64,000 bases of DNA. Origin: an uncultured Nitrospiraceae bacterium (GTDB lineage Bacteria > Nitrospirota > Nitrospiria > Nitrospirales > Nitrospiraceae). Shown here piece by piece: positions 47,540 to 58,506 of the stretch (the stretch's first letter is position 1; every line of letters begins with the position of its first letter). The position numbers and the translations under genes were made by a program. The notes beneath the pieces are model-generated. The model made no database searches. It worked only from the letters and a program-made list of their open reading frames with translations, and was not told the DNA's origin. Location: positions 1,248,001 to 1,312,000 of the forward strand of contig CAWJWJ010000002.1 in assembly GCA_963846575.1 (NCBI GenBank), in the 5' to 3' direction.

Positions 47540-48436
47540 TTAGTACGCATCCCTCGCGCAACGAAAGCCGGTGCCGGATGGCCGGCTATCCATCGTGCCC
47601 CAATCGCGGTCGGAGGTACGCAAGCTGATGGCCGGTTTCAGCCATGACCCGCCGCGCATGGCCTTGATGGCGCCGCGCTCCGGACCCTGCGGATTGTTGA
47701 GAGGAGCCTCGCGATAATAGTTAGGGTTGTACCAGTCCTGAACCCACTCGGCTACATTGCCGGCCATGTCCAGCGCCCCATATGGACTGGCGCCTGCCGG
47801 AAAGCTTCCGACCGGTAATGTCAGAATTTCACCCTTGAGCCCCTTTTCTCTAGAAATGGCGGCTCCGTCTCCCTTCATCCAAAAAGCCTCCCATTCCGTA
47901 CTGTCTTTGAACTGCACGGTCTGTTTTGCCCAGTAGCTGGCACTGTTACCCTTCTCGAAGTCCCATTCGCTGCCCCAGGGGTATTTTCGACCGTCGGTGC
48001 CACGCGCGGTTTTTTCCCATTCTGCTTCGGTCGGCAGCCGTTTCTCTGCCCAGTGACAGAATGCAACGGCATCGAGCCAGCTCACATTCACCACGGGATG
48101 TTGGTCGGTGCCTGGCAGCGGGGCGTCGTGTTCCCACAGAGTTGAAACCGGGTTGGCATTGGCGGGAGTCTGATAGCCGGTGGCCTTCACGAACCGGTAA
48201 TAAGCGGCATTGGTGACCTCGTACCGGTCGATCCAGAATGCGCTGAGGTAGATCAGACGGAGCGGATGCTCGTCGGGCAGCCCGTCACTGCCGGCCGACG
48301 TCCCCATCGTGAACTCGCCTGCTGGAATCAGTATCATGTCGTCATACTCGATAGCCCCGATTGCCACCCGCAGGTCCCATGTGGTCAGGCAAACGAGCGC
48401 AGTCAACAGCAGACGCATTGCACCCGCGCTGATCAT
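47540..48436 (-). CDS. Exported FGE-sulfatase (SUMF1/PvdO-like) domain protein
   Basis: IPAGEFTMG, YEVTN, RLPTEAEWEK, DMAGNVAEW, RGGSW, GFRCA; signal peptide. Confidence 0.92.
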   Translation of the reverse strand: MISAGAMRLLLTALVCLTTWDLRVAIGAIEYDDMILIPAGEFTMGTSAGSDGLPDEHPLRLIYLSAFWIDRYEVTNAAYYRFVKATGYQTPANANPVSTLWEHDAPLPGTDQHPVVNVSWLDAVAFCHWAEKRLPTEAEWEKTARGTDGRKYPWGSEWDFEKGNSASYWAKQTVQFKDSTEWEAFWMKGDGAAISREKGLKGEILTLPVGSFPAGASPYGALDMAGNVAEWVQDWYNPNYYREAPLNNPQGPERGAIKAMRGGSWLKPAISLRTSDRDWGTMDSRPSGTGFRCARDAY

Positions 48437-49185
48437 GGCTTTTTCAGTCCGCAGGCTTTGGCCACGCTGTCACGGTATTTCATCCACAAAGTTAGTCCCT
48501 GCGTCACGGAATTGATGATTGCATTCTGCCGGCTGCGGGTCTCTGCGTAATTGACGACCATGGTATAGGCGTCCTGCCGGTGTCCCGACTCAACCTTTTG
48601 ATGCGCGCGGATAAGATCCATGTGCCGTCTGTCGATATCATGGTGACGGATCAGGGGATGGGCGTCGACGTAGGCCTCGATTTCCGAGTCGGTTTTTGGT
48701 TTGGATGGATCTTGAATTTCATGGCGGTCCTTGATGCTGCCCTCGACGAACACGGCCAGGACCGCCGCTCCCACGATCCAATCGCGGCTGGCCGTAATCT
48801 TTTCCAGCCAGTTGCGATACCGCGCGCTCGCGGGCAGGAGGGCGGCGGTTTGAAACGAATCGCTGTCGAAGCCCAGGCCCCGCATCATCTCATTGAACAG
48901 TTCGGGGTGGGACCGACCGAAGGACAGTCCGCCCGTGTCCTCTTCGTAAATATTCTCCGCCAACATCCGTCTGACATCGGACGGGGGGTTCTGTCCATGT
49001 ACGCGGGCGAGCAAGACGGGAAAGTCTCGAACATAGACCAGAAATTCCTGTTGAAAGTGAACCTTCAACTGGGACTTGCTGATGCCAGGCCCCATGATGA
49101 TCGGCCAGGCCCAGTGATGCTTGCGGTCCATGATGGCCAACAGACGCTCCAGAAATTGCGCGCGGGTCAGTCTCTTTTGTGCCAT
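48433..49185 (-). CDS. CADD/PqqC/TenA-like heme-oxygenase-fold diiron protein
   Basis: YVRDFP, ENIYEE..G..SHPEL, VEGS, HQKVESGH. Confidence 0.8.
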   Translation of the reverse strand: MAQKRLTRAQFLERLLAIMDRKHHWAWPIIMGPGISKSQLKVHFQQEFLVYVRDFPVLLARVHGQNPPSDVRRMLAENIYEEDTGGLSFGRSHPELFNEMMRGLGFDSDSFQTAALLPASARYRNWLEKITASRDWIVGAAVLAVFVEGSIKDRHEIQDPSKPKTDSEIEAYVDAHPLIRHHDIDRRHMDLIRAHQKVESGHRQDAYTMVVNYAETRSRQNAIINSVTQGLTLWMKYRDSVAKACGLKKP

Positions 49186-49232
49186 GCCTTGCCTTCCTTC
49201 TTTCTCACTGGCTACAATCAGCCACGGATCAC

Positions 49233-49517
49233 ATGAAACCCATTACCCTTCAGGACTCAGACCAGATTCTCAACTTCCTTGCCGAAGTGACATTGCGCGG
49301 CAGAGGATTCACGACCGACTGCCTATTGGACTATGTCCTGGACGAGGGATTTACCGAACCGATCTATCTCAATGCCTCGGGTGAAGACCCTGACGCCTTC
49401 TACAAGGAGCAGCCCCAGGCTTGGGCGATTTATCAGGTGCGTGAGTGGAAGCGAGTCTTGACCGTGTCCGGGGGACCGGGGAAGGACCGGCGCGTGCAGA
49501 TCACCGAGACCCCCTAG
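49233..49517 (+). CDS. Hypothetical protein
   Basis: ATG 49233, 94-aa ORF. Confidence 0.6.
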   Translation: MKPITLQDSDQILNFLAEVTLRGRGFTTDCLLDYVLDEGFTEPIYLNASGEDPDAFYKEQPQAWAIYQVREWKRVLTVSGGPGKDRRVQITETP

Positions 49518-49779
49518 CGGTTTGAGTACAGACCTTCGGTCCCACCGAGCAGCGGATGCCCTGACCCGGTAGTTTCTCGCTCATGAGTCTCTGTTCAATC
49601 TCGATGTGCCGGACGCCATCTGAAAGAATTCCCAAGGGCATCCGTTGTTTCTCAGCTCAGTGTATTAATCATCGCCTGGAATTGCAATGAATCGTGCGCT
49701 GTCCGTCGAAGGACAGGGCCGTTTCGAGAGACACCAGCCTATCAGGCCCGATGATCCGCGTACCGGGAGGTCGACAGTG

Positions 49780-50046
49780 ATGCAGCCACGTATGCGTGCG
49801 AATTCTGCGAGACTGGTGACCTTGTGCGAGCCGGGTGATGTCGGTGAACTGGCTCTCATCAAAAGCCTCCTGGACGGCAACGGCATCCCCTATGTCGTAC
49901 ATCATGAACACATGGGGGCTCTCTACCCGGGAGTGTCGATGTTGTGCAGCCGGGTGATGGTGGCGGAGGGCGAGAAGCAGCGGGCCGAAGTTCTGCTCAG
50001 CCGCCTCGCGCTTCAGATTCGTGAGGCGACAGAGGATCCGGAGTGA
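49780..50046 (+). CDS. DUF2007-like putative signal-transducing protein
   Basis: E..LIKSLL..NGIP; V.V...E..RA; GGAGG RBS. Confidence 0.7.
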   Translation: MQPRMRANSARLVTLCEPGDVGELALIKSLLDGNGIPYVVHHEHMGALYPGVSMLCSRVMVAEGEKQRAEVLLSRLALQIREATEDPE

Positions 50047-50190
50047 GCCTCGGTCGACCCTGTCGGGCACACAGTCCCTCCTGAGGCCGAGAGACTCAGG
50101 CAAATGATCCATCCGGAAGCTCTTCAGGAAGCGGCTGTCGACGCACAGATCGCGCGCCGTCACGAACGTGAGCGGCATTCATAGGGCAGG

Positions 50191-50643
50191 CTAAGGATGT
50201 CCCTTTGGTTTGACCATCTCAGGGGCATTGGGGAGCGGCAGGCGTACGTCCGATCCAGAATAGTGTCCTCCGATCAGCTTCCCTTCTTCGAAGTAGAGAT
50301 AGCGGTGTTTGACCACTGCCGGGCTTTCCCAATCCTCAAAAATCCATTCCTCCCGTCGGAGGCCGTCACTGGTGTGCGTCACATTCATCGTATTGGGGCC
50401 ACCCCAGGCCTCCAGCACCTGTTTGCGGTCCATGCCCACCATCACCCGGTGGCTTTCGATGTGCTTGGAGAAGTCGGGGTCGAGCCAGCCGGGCAGGAAA
50501 CGAAACGCGATCAGGCTCAGGACGAATAGCCCCAGGAAAGCATAGATGATGATCCGGACCGGCCGTTGGCGGATGAACGGGGTGGGTTCCGCAGCCGGGG
50601 GGATGGGGGAAGCTGGAGTGGCAGAGGTTGTCTGATCAGTCAC
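50191..50643 (-). CDS. Membrane-anchored hypothetical protein with a SmpA/BamE-like motif
   Basis: TM helix; VGMDRKQVLEAWGGP..EEW..YLYFEEG; GTG start with RBS. Confidence 0.65.
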   Translation of the reverse strand: MTDQTTSATPASPIPPAAEPTPFIRQRPVRIIIYAFLGLFVLSLIAFRFLPGWLDPDFSKHIESHRVMVGMDRKQVLEAWGGPNTMNVTHTSDGLRREEWIFEDWESPAVVKHRYLYFEEGKLIGGHYSGSDVRLPLPNAPEMVKPKGHP

Positions 50644-50813
50644 AAATATCCTTCCGTCATGAACCTGTCGAGATACGCGTGTACCGCTTTGCATGCTAAA
50701 CAATCGATTTTCGGTCCGTCAAGAGACTCCAGAGCCTTAAGGGCGGGCGCTTCCCGGGGCCTGGTCCCTACGGCGACCTGCTATGCTTAAGAGGACCGCT
50801 GGGAGGGCTGATT

Positions 50814-51464
50814 ATGGGGGGATCGTTCCGGGCTCTGTGGCGACGCGTCGTGTGGATGGTTGCAGGCTGCTGCCTGATGTGGCAGGCGGGAACTGCCATT
50901 GGAGCAGGAAATCTCTACGTCTACACCGATGCGCAGGGGCAAGCCGTGCTCACCGACGATTTGCAGCAAGTGCCGGCTGAATACCGGGGACGCCTGAGAG
51001 CGGTCACCAATGGGGAGCCCCCGAGCGCCGCAGCGATGACCTCTGCCGCGCAACCGCCGGCGAGCCGCCCACTGTCCACACCGGGCCCGTTGCAGGAGAT
51101 CATCCGCGCGGTGGCAGAGAATGTGAGCCCCATCCAAGGCCTGACTCCCCACCAGACAGCTGTTGTCATTCTTGCAGCCGGCTGCGGCATGGCGCTACTC
51201 TTGTTTATGTTTCTCAGCTCGAATCCGGCCGTCAGGCTCCTTGCCAAATGCCTATTGATTCTGGTCAGTCTCACAGCGGTCTATCAACTGGTTGTCGGGG
51301 GCTCATCTGTTCCAGGAACGGGCGCCGGCTCCGCTCCGCTAGCATCGGGACAGTCGAAAGACAATGTGATGGGTCAGGTGAGATCCAAGACTGAGCAGAG
51401 TTATCGCCTGCAGGACGAACGCACCACCCGCCAGCTCGATCAAGCCGGTCAATCAGCGCCGTAG
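50814..51464 (+). CDS. DUF4124-like domain membrane protein
   Basis: Signal; LYVYTDAQG...TD...VP; two TM helices. Confidence 0.65.
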   Translation: MGGSFRALWRRVVWMVAGCCLMWQAGTAIGAGNLYVYTDAQGQAVLTDDLQQVPAEYRGRLRAVTNGEPPSAAAMTSAAQPPASRPLSTPGPLQEIIRAVAENVSPIQGLTPHQTAVVILAAGCGMALLLFMFLSSNPAVRLLAKCLLILVSLTAVYQLVVGGSSVPGTGAGSAPLASGQSKDNVMGQVRSKTEQSYRLQDERTTRQLDQAGQSAP

Positions 51465-51470
51465 CGACGG

Positions 51471-52250
51471 CTAGTCCGCATATTTGGGGACGGGGATTTT
51501 TCGCACTGCCGGTGCGGGTGGCGGCTGTTGGGCAAAAGCCTTGGAGTAGGGATTGAGGATAGGTTCATGCGTGTTGCGTTGACGCAATTTGACTAACGGA
51601 AGACTCTGGGTACCGATTTCCATGCGATCGATCAGAGCCTTCGACGTCAACGGGTCAGGTAGTCCCTGCAACGCGAACATTTGAAACGCCAGTGACCAGT
51701 CAAGCGTATCCTTCCCTTTTTCTCGCACTATAAAACGAGCGTCGGGCGAAGGAGTTCCGGTAAAAAAGAGCAGCATGATGTTGGACCGGAAGACCGGGGC
51801 GGTGGCGTCCTCGGGTGGCTTAAACTCCGGCACGAGTCCGGGAACTTTGCTCAACGGCACGGGCGGTGTGAATTCGATGTCCACGAGACGAACGAAGAGC
51901 GGGGGCTGATCGCTTTGGTCGTTACGATCGAAGGTGTAGCTGAACGAGTAGCGCACGTCGATGCCGTCACGTTTGAAGGTATACACGTCTTCGCCGTTTT
52001 CCGGCGAGACCACTTTTTTGAAATATTGTTCCCAGTCTCCGATCGGATAATAGGTGAAGACGCGCAAGGCGGCCTTGCGGTCGCGCACGGCCTGCGGCAG
52101 CCCGAGCTTTTCGTGTAGTTCGGTCTGGCTGAGCCCCAGGTAGCCGTCCTCAAAATAGGGACCGGCCAGGGCCGGAATCCGGGCCTGGCCGACGAAGCTC
52201 ACACAGAAGAAAAGCACAAAGAAGAGGCGGGTGACTGTCTGATGCGCCAT
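51471..52250 (-). CDS. Secreted hypothetical protein
   Basis: Signal peptide ending ALA; own promoter. Confidence 0.7.
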   Translation of the reverse strand: MAHQTVTRLFFVLFFCVSFVGQARIPALAGPYFEDGYLGLSQTELHEKLGLPQAVRDRKAALRVFTYYPIGDWEQYFKKVVSPENGEDVYTFKRDGIDVRYSFSYTFDRNDQSDQPPLFVRLVDIEFTPPVPLSKVPGLVPEFKPPEDATAPVFRSNIMLLFFTGTPSPDARFIVREKGKDTLDWSLAFQMFALQGLPDPLTSKALIDRMEIGTQSLPLVKLRQRNTHEPILNPYSKAFAQQPPPAPAVRKIPVPKYAD

Positions 52251-52288
52251 AGGGGTACCACTCAGGCTTGAGCCAGACAACGTCGGGC

Positions 52289-52317
52289 ATCGTATCGGCC
52301 GAGGTAGGCAATGTCAA
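52289..52317 (-). promoter_or_regulatory. sigma70 promoter
   Basis: Minus strand TTGACA-N17-TACGAT. Confidence 0.65.
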
Positions 52318-52337
52318 GGCAAGGAATAAGCAATGAC

Positions 52338-52367
52338 TTGCCGAAAAATCTCCGTTCCCGATATGAT
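52338..52367 (+). promoter_or_regulatory. Probable metH promoter
   Basis: TTGCCG-N18-TATGAT. Confidence 0.5.
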
Positions 52368-52441
52368 GGCCGCTTACTTGTGAGTCATGTGAAGCGCGCC
52401 CCACGGCCTGTCACTCGGGTAATAGAAAGACATAGGTAGCC

Positions 52442-55400
52442 ATGCCGGAATCAGACATTCGTGATCTGCTGCGAGAGCGCATCCTGATTTTAGACGGTGC
52501 CATGGGCACGATGATTCAGCGGTACAAGCTGGATGAGGCCGCGTTCCGCGGGGAGCGGTTCAAAAATTGGGAGAAAGATCTCAAGGGCCACAACGATCTC
52601 TTGAACATCACCAGACCGGCCGTGATCGAAGAAATTCATCGACAGTACTTCGAGGCCGGAGCGGACATTGTCGAAACGAATACCTTTAACTCTCAGTCCG
52701 TGTCGTTGGCCGACTATGGCATGGATGACCTGGGGTACGAACTGTCCAAAGCCGGAGCCGAATGCGCCCGTCGCGCTATGCTGCAGGTTCTGGCGAAGCA
52801 GCCTGCGCGGCGGTGTTTTGTGGCAGGTGCGATCGGACCCACGACCAAAACCTCTTCGGTTTCGACGGATTCCAATGACGCGGCCGCGCGGGGTACTACC
52901 TATCCCGAACTGGTTCGCGCCTATGGCGATCAAGTGCGGGGCTTGTTGGATGGCGGTGTCGATTTGCTCCTGGTTGAGACCATCTTCGACACGTTGAACG
53001 CCAAGGCGGCGTTTTTTGCCATTCAGCAACTATTCGCCGAGGGCGCCCGGCAGGTGCCGATCATGGCGTCGGTCACCTTTATTCAGGCCGGCAGCAATCG
53101 CGGCTTTTCCGGGCAGACGGTCGAAGGCTTCTGGAACTCCATTTCGCATGTTCCGTTGCTCAGTGTGGGGATGAATTGCGCGCTCGGTCCGAAGGAGATG
53201 CGGCCGCTGATCGAGGAACTCTCTCAGATTGCGCCGACCTATGTGAGCAGCCACCCGAACGCCGGATTACCTAATCCCTTACTGCCGACGGGCTTTCCCG
53301 AAACTCCTGAATCGTTGGCGCCGCAGTTGCGGGACTGGGCTGAGAACGGCTGGTTGAACATCGTGGGCGGTTGCTGCGGGACGACGCCGGACCATATTCG
53401 GTCCATTGCCGAGGCCGTGCGTGGTCTGTCTCCACGGCAGGCCGGCAAGGTCGAGCCGTTCCTACGGTTGAGCGGCCTTGAAGCATTGACCGTCCGGCCC
53501 GAGTCGAACTTCGTCAACATCGGCGAACGGACGAATATTACCGGGTCACCCGCCTTTTCCAAGCTCATCCTCGCCGGCGATTATGACAAGGCCCTGACGG
53601 TGGCACGCCAGCAGGCCGAAGGCGGCGCACAGATCATCGATATCAACATGGATGAGGGACTTCTGGATTCCAAGGCAGCCATGGAGAAGTTTTTGCGGCT
53701 CCTCGCGGCTGAATCCGACGTTGCCCGCGTGCCGATCATGGTGGATAGCTCGAAATGGGAGGTCCTCGAAACGGGCCTCCAGAACATACAGGGCAAGGGG
53801 ATCGTCAACTCGATCAGTTTGAAGGAAGGCGAAGCCAAGTTCCTCGAACAGGCGCGCCTCGTTCGCCGCTATGGGGCGGCCATGGTGGTCATGGCATTCG
53901 ATGAGCGCGGACAGGCTGATTCCGTGGCTCGCCGCATCGAAATCTGTGAACGCTCTTATCGACTGCTCACGGAGCAAGTCGGCGTCCCGCCCCAGGATAT
54001 TATTTTCGACCCCAATATCCTCACCGTGGCCACGGGACTTGATGAGCACAATAACTATGCGGTCGACTTCATCGAAGCGACCAGATGGATCAAGCAGCAC
54101 CTGCCGCTCGCCAAGGTCAGCGGAGGGGTCAGCAATATCTCTTTCTCGTTCCGGGGCAACAACGTGGTGCGGGAGGCCATGCATGCGGCCTTTCTCTACC
54201 ATGCCATTCAGGCGGGGCTCGACATGGGTATCGTCAATGCCGGGCAGCTCGCCGTCTACGAGGAAATTCCGAAGGATCTGCTGGCGCTGGTAGAGGATGT
54301 GTTGCTGAACCGTCGTCCTGATGCCACCGAACGATTGGTCACCTTTGCCGAAACCGTCAAGCAGAAGGGGAAGGCGGCCGTCAAAGACGATGAATGGCGC
54401 GCCGGAACCGTTGAAGAGCGGTTGGCGCATGCGCTGGTGAAGGGGCTGACCGACTACATCGATCAGGACGTGGAAGAGGCCCGACAGAAAACGACGCGGC
54501 CGCTCGATGTCATTGAAGGGCCCTTGATGGCGGGCATGAATATCGTCGGTGACTTGTTCGGATCGGGGAAAATGTTTCTGCCCCAGGTCGTCAAGAGCGC
54601 CCGGGTGATGAAGAAGGCTGTGGCCTACCTGATGCCGTTCATGGAGGCGGAGAAGCAACGCTTGGGCACGTCACGCGCGAACGGGAAGGTGCTGCTCGCC
54701 ACGGTCAAGGGTGATGTCCATGATATCGGGAAGAACATCGTGGGCGTGGTGCTGGGGTGCAACAATTACGACGTGATTGACCTTGGCGTCATGGTGTCAT
54801 GTGAAAAAATTCTCGCGACGGCCCGCGAGCAGCAGGTCGATATTGTGGGGTTGAGCGGCCTCATTACTCCCTCGCTGGACGAAATGGTCCATGTGGCGAA
54901 GGAGATGACGCGGCAGGGGTTCGAGCTTCCACTCTTGATAGGCGGCGCGACGACCAGCAAGGCGCACACCGCGGTCAAGATTGCCCCTTCCTATCGCCAT
55001 GCGACCGTGCATGTACTGGATGCGTCTCGCGCCGTCGGCGTCGTCGGAAGCCTGATCAATGAACAGCAACGGGAAAGCTTCGCCGAAACCATCCGGGCCG
55101 ATTACGATCGGGTTAGGCAGGCGCACCAGGACCGGGGCCCGAAAAGCCTCCGCAGCCTTCAGGAGGCGCGCAAGCACCGGCTCTCCAGCGACTGGGCGAC
55201 GACCGATATTCCTACGCCTTCCTTTACAGGCCTGCGTAACATTGATGGGCTCCCGCTGCGGGAACTGGTGCCCTACATCGATTGGTCACCCTTCTTTCAC
55301 ACCTGGGAGTTACGGGGACGGTACCCCGGCATTTTCGACGACGCCACGGTGGGCCCAAAGGCGAAGGAACTCTTCGCGGATGCGCAGGCCCTGCTGGAGG

Positions 55401-56125
55401 AGATCATCGGCGGCAACCTGTTGACTGCCCGCGGGGTGTATGGCTTCTTTCCGGCCAATAGCGTGGGCGACGACATTGAAGTGTACAGCGACCCGGAACG
55501 CCGTGAGGTCCGGACCCTGTTCCATACGCTGCGCCAGCAGATGGAGAAGCCGGCGGATCAGTGGAATCTGGCCCTGGCGGACTATCTCGCGCCGAAAGAG
55601 TCGGGACGGGCGGACTACGTGGGGGCGTTTGCAGTCACGGCCGGCATCGGGGCGGGAGCGCTCTGCGCCAAGTACGAGCAAGATCACGACGACTACAACT
55701 CCATCATGGTCAAGGCGCTGGCCGATCGGCTGGCGGAAGCCTTTGCCGAATGGCTGCACAAACGAGTCCGCGGGGAGTGGGGCTATGGGCAGACGGAGAC
55801 ACTCACCCACGAGGAGCTGATCCGCGAGCGATACCGGGGTATCCGTCCCGCTCCCGGTTATCCCGCCTGTCCGGATCATACCGAGAAACGGACGTTGTTC
55901 GACCTGCTCGGTGCGGAGGCCAGGTGCGGAGTGACCTTGACGGAATCCTTCGCGATGTTGCCGGCGGCATCCGTGAGCGGACTCTATTTCGCGCATCCGC
56001 AGGCCAAGTATTTTGCCGTGGGAAAGATCAATCGCGACCAGGTCGAGGACTATGCAGCCCGGAAAAAAATGCCACTCCCCGAGGTCGAGCGGTGGCTGTC
56101 GCCTAACCTGAACTATGATACCTAG
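52442..56125 (+). CDS. metH: Cobalamin-dependent methionine synthase
   Basis: [44 protein letters not shown]. Confidence 0.98.
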   Translation: MPESDIRDLLRERILILDGAMGTMIQRYKLDEAAFRGERFKNWEKDLKGHNDLLNITRPAVIEEIHRQYFEAGADIVETNTFNSQSVSLADYGMDDLGYELSKAGAECARRAMLQVLAKQPARRCFVAGAIGPTTKTSSVSTDSNDAAARGTTYPELVRAYGDQVRGLLDGGVDLLLVETIFDTLNAKAAFFAIQQLFAEGARQVPIMASVTFIQAGSNRGFSGQTVEGFWNSISHVPLLSVGMNCALGPKEMRPLIEELSQIAPTYVSSHPNAGLPNPLLPTGFPETPESLAPQLRDWAENGWLNIVGGCCGTTPDHIRSIAEAVRGLSPRQAGKVEPFLRLSGLEALTVRPESNFVNIGERTNITGSPAFSKLILAGDYDKALTVARQQAEGGAQIIDINMDEGLLDSKAAMEKFLRLLAAESDVARVPIMVDSSKWEVLETGLQNIQGKGIVNSISLKEGEAKFLEQARLVRRYGAAMVVMAFDERGQADSVARRIEICERSYRLLTEQVGVPPQDIIFDPNILTVATGLDEHNNYAVDFIEATRWIKQHLPLAKVSGGVSNISFSFRGNNVVREAMHAAFLYHAIQAGLDMGIVNAGQLAVYEEIPKDLLALVEDVLLNRRPDATERLVTFAETVKQKGKAAVKDDEWRAGTVEERLAHALVKGLTDYIDQDVEEARQKTTRPLDVIEGPLMAGMNIVGDLFGSGKMFLPQVVKSARVMKKAVAYLMPFMEAEKQRLGTSRANGKVLLATVKGDVHDIGKNIVGVVLGCNNYDVIDLGVMVSCEKILATAREQQVDIVGLSGLITPSLDEMVHVAKEMTRQGFELPLLIGGATTSKAHTAVKIAPSYRHATVHVLDASRAVGVVGSLINEQQRESFAETIRADYDRVRQAHQDRGPKSLRSLQEARKHRLSSDWATTDIPTPSFTGLRNIDGLPLRELVPYIDWSPFFHTWELRGRYPGIFDDATVGPKAKELFADAQALLEEIIGGNLLTARGVYGFFPANSVGDDIEVYSDPERREVRTLFHTLRQQMEKPADQWNLALADYLAPKESGRADYVGAFAVTAGIGAGALCAKYEQDHDDYNSIMVKALADRLAEAFAEWLHKRVRGEWGYGQTETLTHEELIRERYRGIRPAPGYPACPDHTEKRTLFDLLGAEARCGVTLTESFAMLPAASVSGLYFAHPQAKYFAVGKINRDQVEDYAARKKMPLPEVERWLSPNLNYDT

Positions 56126-56362
56126 TTTGAACCGTCGGCCTGGAAGGATGACTCATAGGTTGCCCTGCCACATGAGGCCGACGTACGGTTGCCGGCCTGC
56201 CTAGACGCGGTGTCGTTCACGACGCCCTTGGGTCATCCTGCCGGAATTTCCGCCTCGGACCATCGCACTCCTGATGGCCTCGTGCCTTACAGTCTCTTCC
56301 TGACTATTCCAGGTGGCGAACTCTGTGGTGGGTCGGTGACGTGGCACTGTCCACGGGGAGGA

Positions 56363-56863
56363 TCAGTTCTTGAGGGCTTCGAGAGCCGGAGGAAGGGCAG
56401 GAGGGGCGGCGGACCCTGACGTGACGCTCGCGAGAGAGTTCTTGATCCAATGGTAGCGCTCTTCTGCCCAGGCGTTAAAGGTCTCCGAGTTTTCAAAGAC
56501 CAATTCCCACGCCTTGGCTGCGTCCAGCAACAGGAGTTGATGCGGGCGATTCTGTCCCGGAAAATAGACGACCAGAACGGCGGATTTGCCGGTGAGACTG
56601 ATATCGGTGAAGACATGGATCATGGATGCGTCGGGAAGGGACACATCGCGAGTGGCTGCTTCGACCAGCGGCTGGTATAAACGGTGAAGCAGATGGGTCG
56701 TGTCTTCGTACGGACTGGCCGTCCGCAACAGCCGGGGATTAGGTTTGTCCCCGAATAGGTTGTCGGTCAGATAGGTCGCTGCTTCCCAGGTCGGCATCAT
56801 GCCGGATGACGCGAGATTCTCGCAAAGATAGGCGATCCAATTACGTGGTCGATTGGCCATCAT
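56363..56863 (-). CDS. Hypothetical protein coupled to the HD-GYP gene
   Basis: ATGA overlap with the upstream gene. Confidence 0.65.
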   Translation of the reverse strand: MMANRPRNWIAYLCENLASSGMMPTWEAATYLTDNLFGDKPNPRLLRTASPYEDTTHLLHRLYQPLVEAATRDVSLPDASMIHVFTDISLTGKSAVLVVYFPGQNRPHQLLLLDAAKAWELVFENSETFNAWAEERYHWIKNSLASVTSGSAAPPALPPALEALKN

Positions 56864-58035
56864 GACTGGTTCAACTCCTGAGTGGAAACGCGATGCCGGG
56901 AGGCGGAATACCAGTTGGGGTCGGCAAACTGGTCGTAAATACGTTTGATCTCGTCCATCGAGTTGAAGAAGATATCAAGGAGATCCGGGTCGAAGTGTTT
57001 CCCGCGCTCGTTCAGCATCAGGTCTTTGGCATGGTCGAAATCATAGGCCGGTTTGTAGACCCGTTGAGTTGTCAGGGCGTCAAAGTTGTCCGCGATCGCG
57101 GTAATCCGGCCTTCTAGCGGAATTCCCTCTCCCGCGAGTCCACGCGGATATCCGGTTCCATCGTATCGTTCATGATGAGTCCAGGCGATGAGGGCGGCTA
57201 CTTTCAACAGCTCGGAATCCGATCCGGCCAGGATACGATAACCGATCTCAGTATGGTGGGTGATGACCTTGAATTCTTCCGGGGTGAATTTCCCCGGCTT
57301 CAGCAGCACGTGATCGGGAGTGCCGATTTTACCGATATCATGCATCGGACTGGCGGTACGGATCAGGTCGCAACGGTCAGGCGACAGGCCATAGCGGCGA
57401 GCCAACAGTTCGCAATAATGGCTCATGCGTTGGATATGCTGCGCTGTGGAGCTGTCACGATACTCGGCGGCGATGGCCAGCCGTTGAATGGTTTCTTCAC
57501 GGGATAGGCGTAACTCTTTTTCACTGCGCTCCAGCCACTCAAGTGCCTGCTGCAGGGCGATCGTCCTGGTGCGAACGACTTCCTCCAGATGTTCCCGATG
57601 CATGGCGTTCTCGATTTCCAGTTTGCGTCGTCGCAACGCGTTGGCCACGTTGATCAGTACTTCGTTAGCTTCGAAGGGTTTGATCACATAGCCGAAGGCT
57701 CCCATATCGAGAGCCGCGTTCGCGAGCACGGGGCTGTCGAGTCCCGTGATCATGATGACGGCGGTGGTGGGGTATTGGACGAGAATGTGGCGGACGAGAT
57801 CCATGCCGGATTCGCCCGGCATATTCACGTCGCATAACACGAGGGCGTAGGAGGATTTTTCCAACCGTTGACGCGCCTCACGGGATTCACCGGCCAAGGT
57901 TACCTTATATCCATGGGGTTCGAGCAAATAACCCAGTAGCCGACGAATGGGCTCCTCATCATCCACAATCAAGATGTTGCGGTTGTCCAGAAGCGAGGGC
58001 TCGTTGATTTGTTCGGTAACAGTCTGAATGGTCAT
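56860..58035 (-). CDS. Response regulator with HD-GYP c-di-GMP phosphodiesterase domain (RpfG-like)
   Basis: ILIVDDE, CDVNMP, KPF; HDIGK, HHERYDGTGYP. Confidence 0.95.
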   Translation of the reverse strand: MTIQTVTEQINEPSLLDNRNILIVDDEEPIRRLLGYLLEPHGYKVTLAGESREARQRLEKSSYALVLCDVNMPGESGMDLVRHILVQYPTTAVIMITGLDSPVLANAALDMGAFGYVIKPFEANEVLINVANALRRRKLEIENAMHREHLEEVVRTRTIALQQALEWLERSEKELRLSREETIQRLAIAAEYRDSSTAQHIQRMSHYCELLARRYGLSPDRCDLIRTASPMHDIGKIGTPDHVLLKPGKFTPEEFKVITHHTEIGYRILAGSDSELLKVAALIAWTHHERYDGTGYPRGLAGEGIPLEGRITAIADNFDALTTQRVYKPAYDFDHAKDLMLNERGKHFDPDLLDIFFNSMDEIKRIYDQFADPNWYSASRHRVSTQELNQS

Positions 58036-58143
58036 AGATCGCCGGCTCGTTAGATTGAACTGCTCACATCAGGTTATGGACGTAGACCCCGTATCGGTCG
58101 CAACCGTCTATGCCTAAAGGCATGCGATGAAGCTCATGTGCAA

Positions 58144-58159
58144 TGCACCTTCCGTGCCA
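58144..58159 (-). promoter_or_regulatory. sigma54 promoter for the HD-GYP operon
   Basis: Minus strand TGGCACGGAAGGTGCA (GG-N10-GC). Confidence 0.65.
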
Positions 58160-58431
58160 TTCCGTCGCATGCCTTTTCTGCATCTTTCCAGAGCCCAGGG
58201 TACCAAACTCCGTTGATATGCCGACAAGATTGTACGCATCGGGATCCGGCGCGTGCCCGGTACCGGATCGGTTCGTGTCAACTCTGACGGTCGTCCAGTT
58301 GCTTGTAATTCAAGGACAGGGATTGCCACGGATGGCCGTGTCCGCTTCGATGGTGGATTATACATCGGTCCACGGTGATTGCCAGTTGAAACGCAGCTTC
58401 GGGAAAGCCTCGTCCCACGGTGCCCATGGAT

Positions 58432-58460
58432 TTGCTCTTTAAACCTTCGTTCCCTATAAT
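58432..58460 (+). promoter_or_regulatory. sigma70 promoter for rph
   Basis: TTGCTC-N17-TATAAT. Confidence 0.6.
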
Positions 58461-58506
58461 CCGCTCCCTTACATTACATAGCGTTTACGGGAAGGGGTGC
58501 TGGGCC

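Noticed and set aside
52368..52441. SAM or cobalamin riboswitch before metH
   Set aside because: Leader is only about 70 nt and lacks consensus motifs
56130..56190. Inverted repeat CGTCGGCCT/AGGCCGACG after metH as a terminator
   Set aside because: Loop is over 30 nt and there is no U-tract
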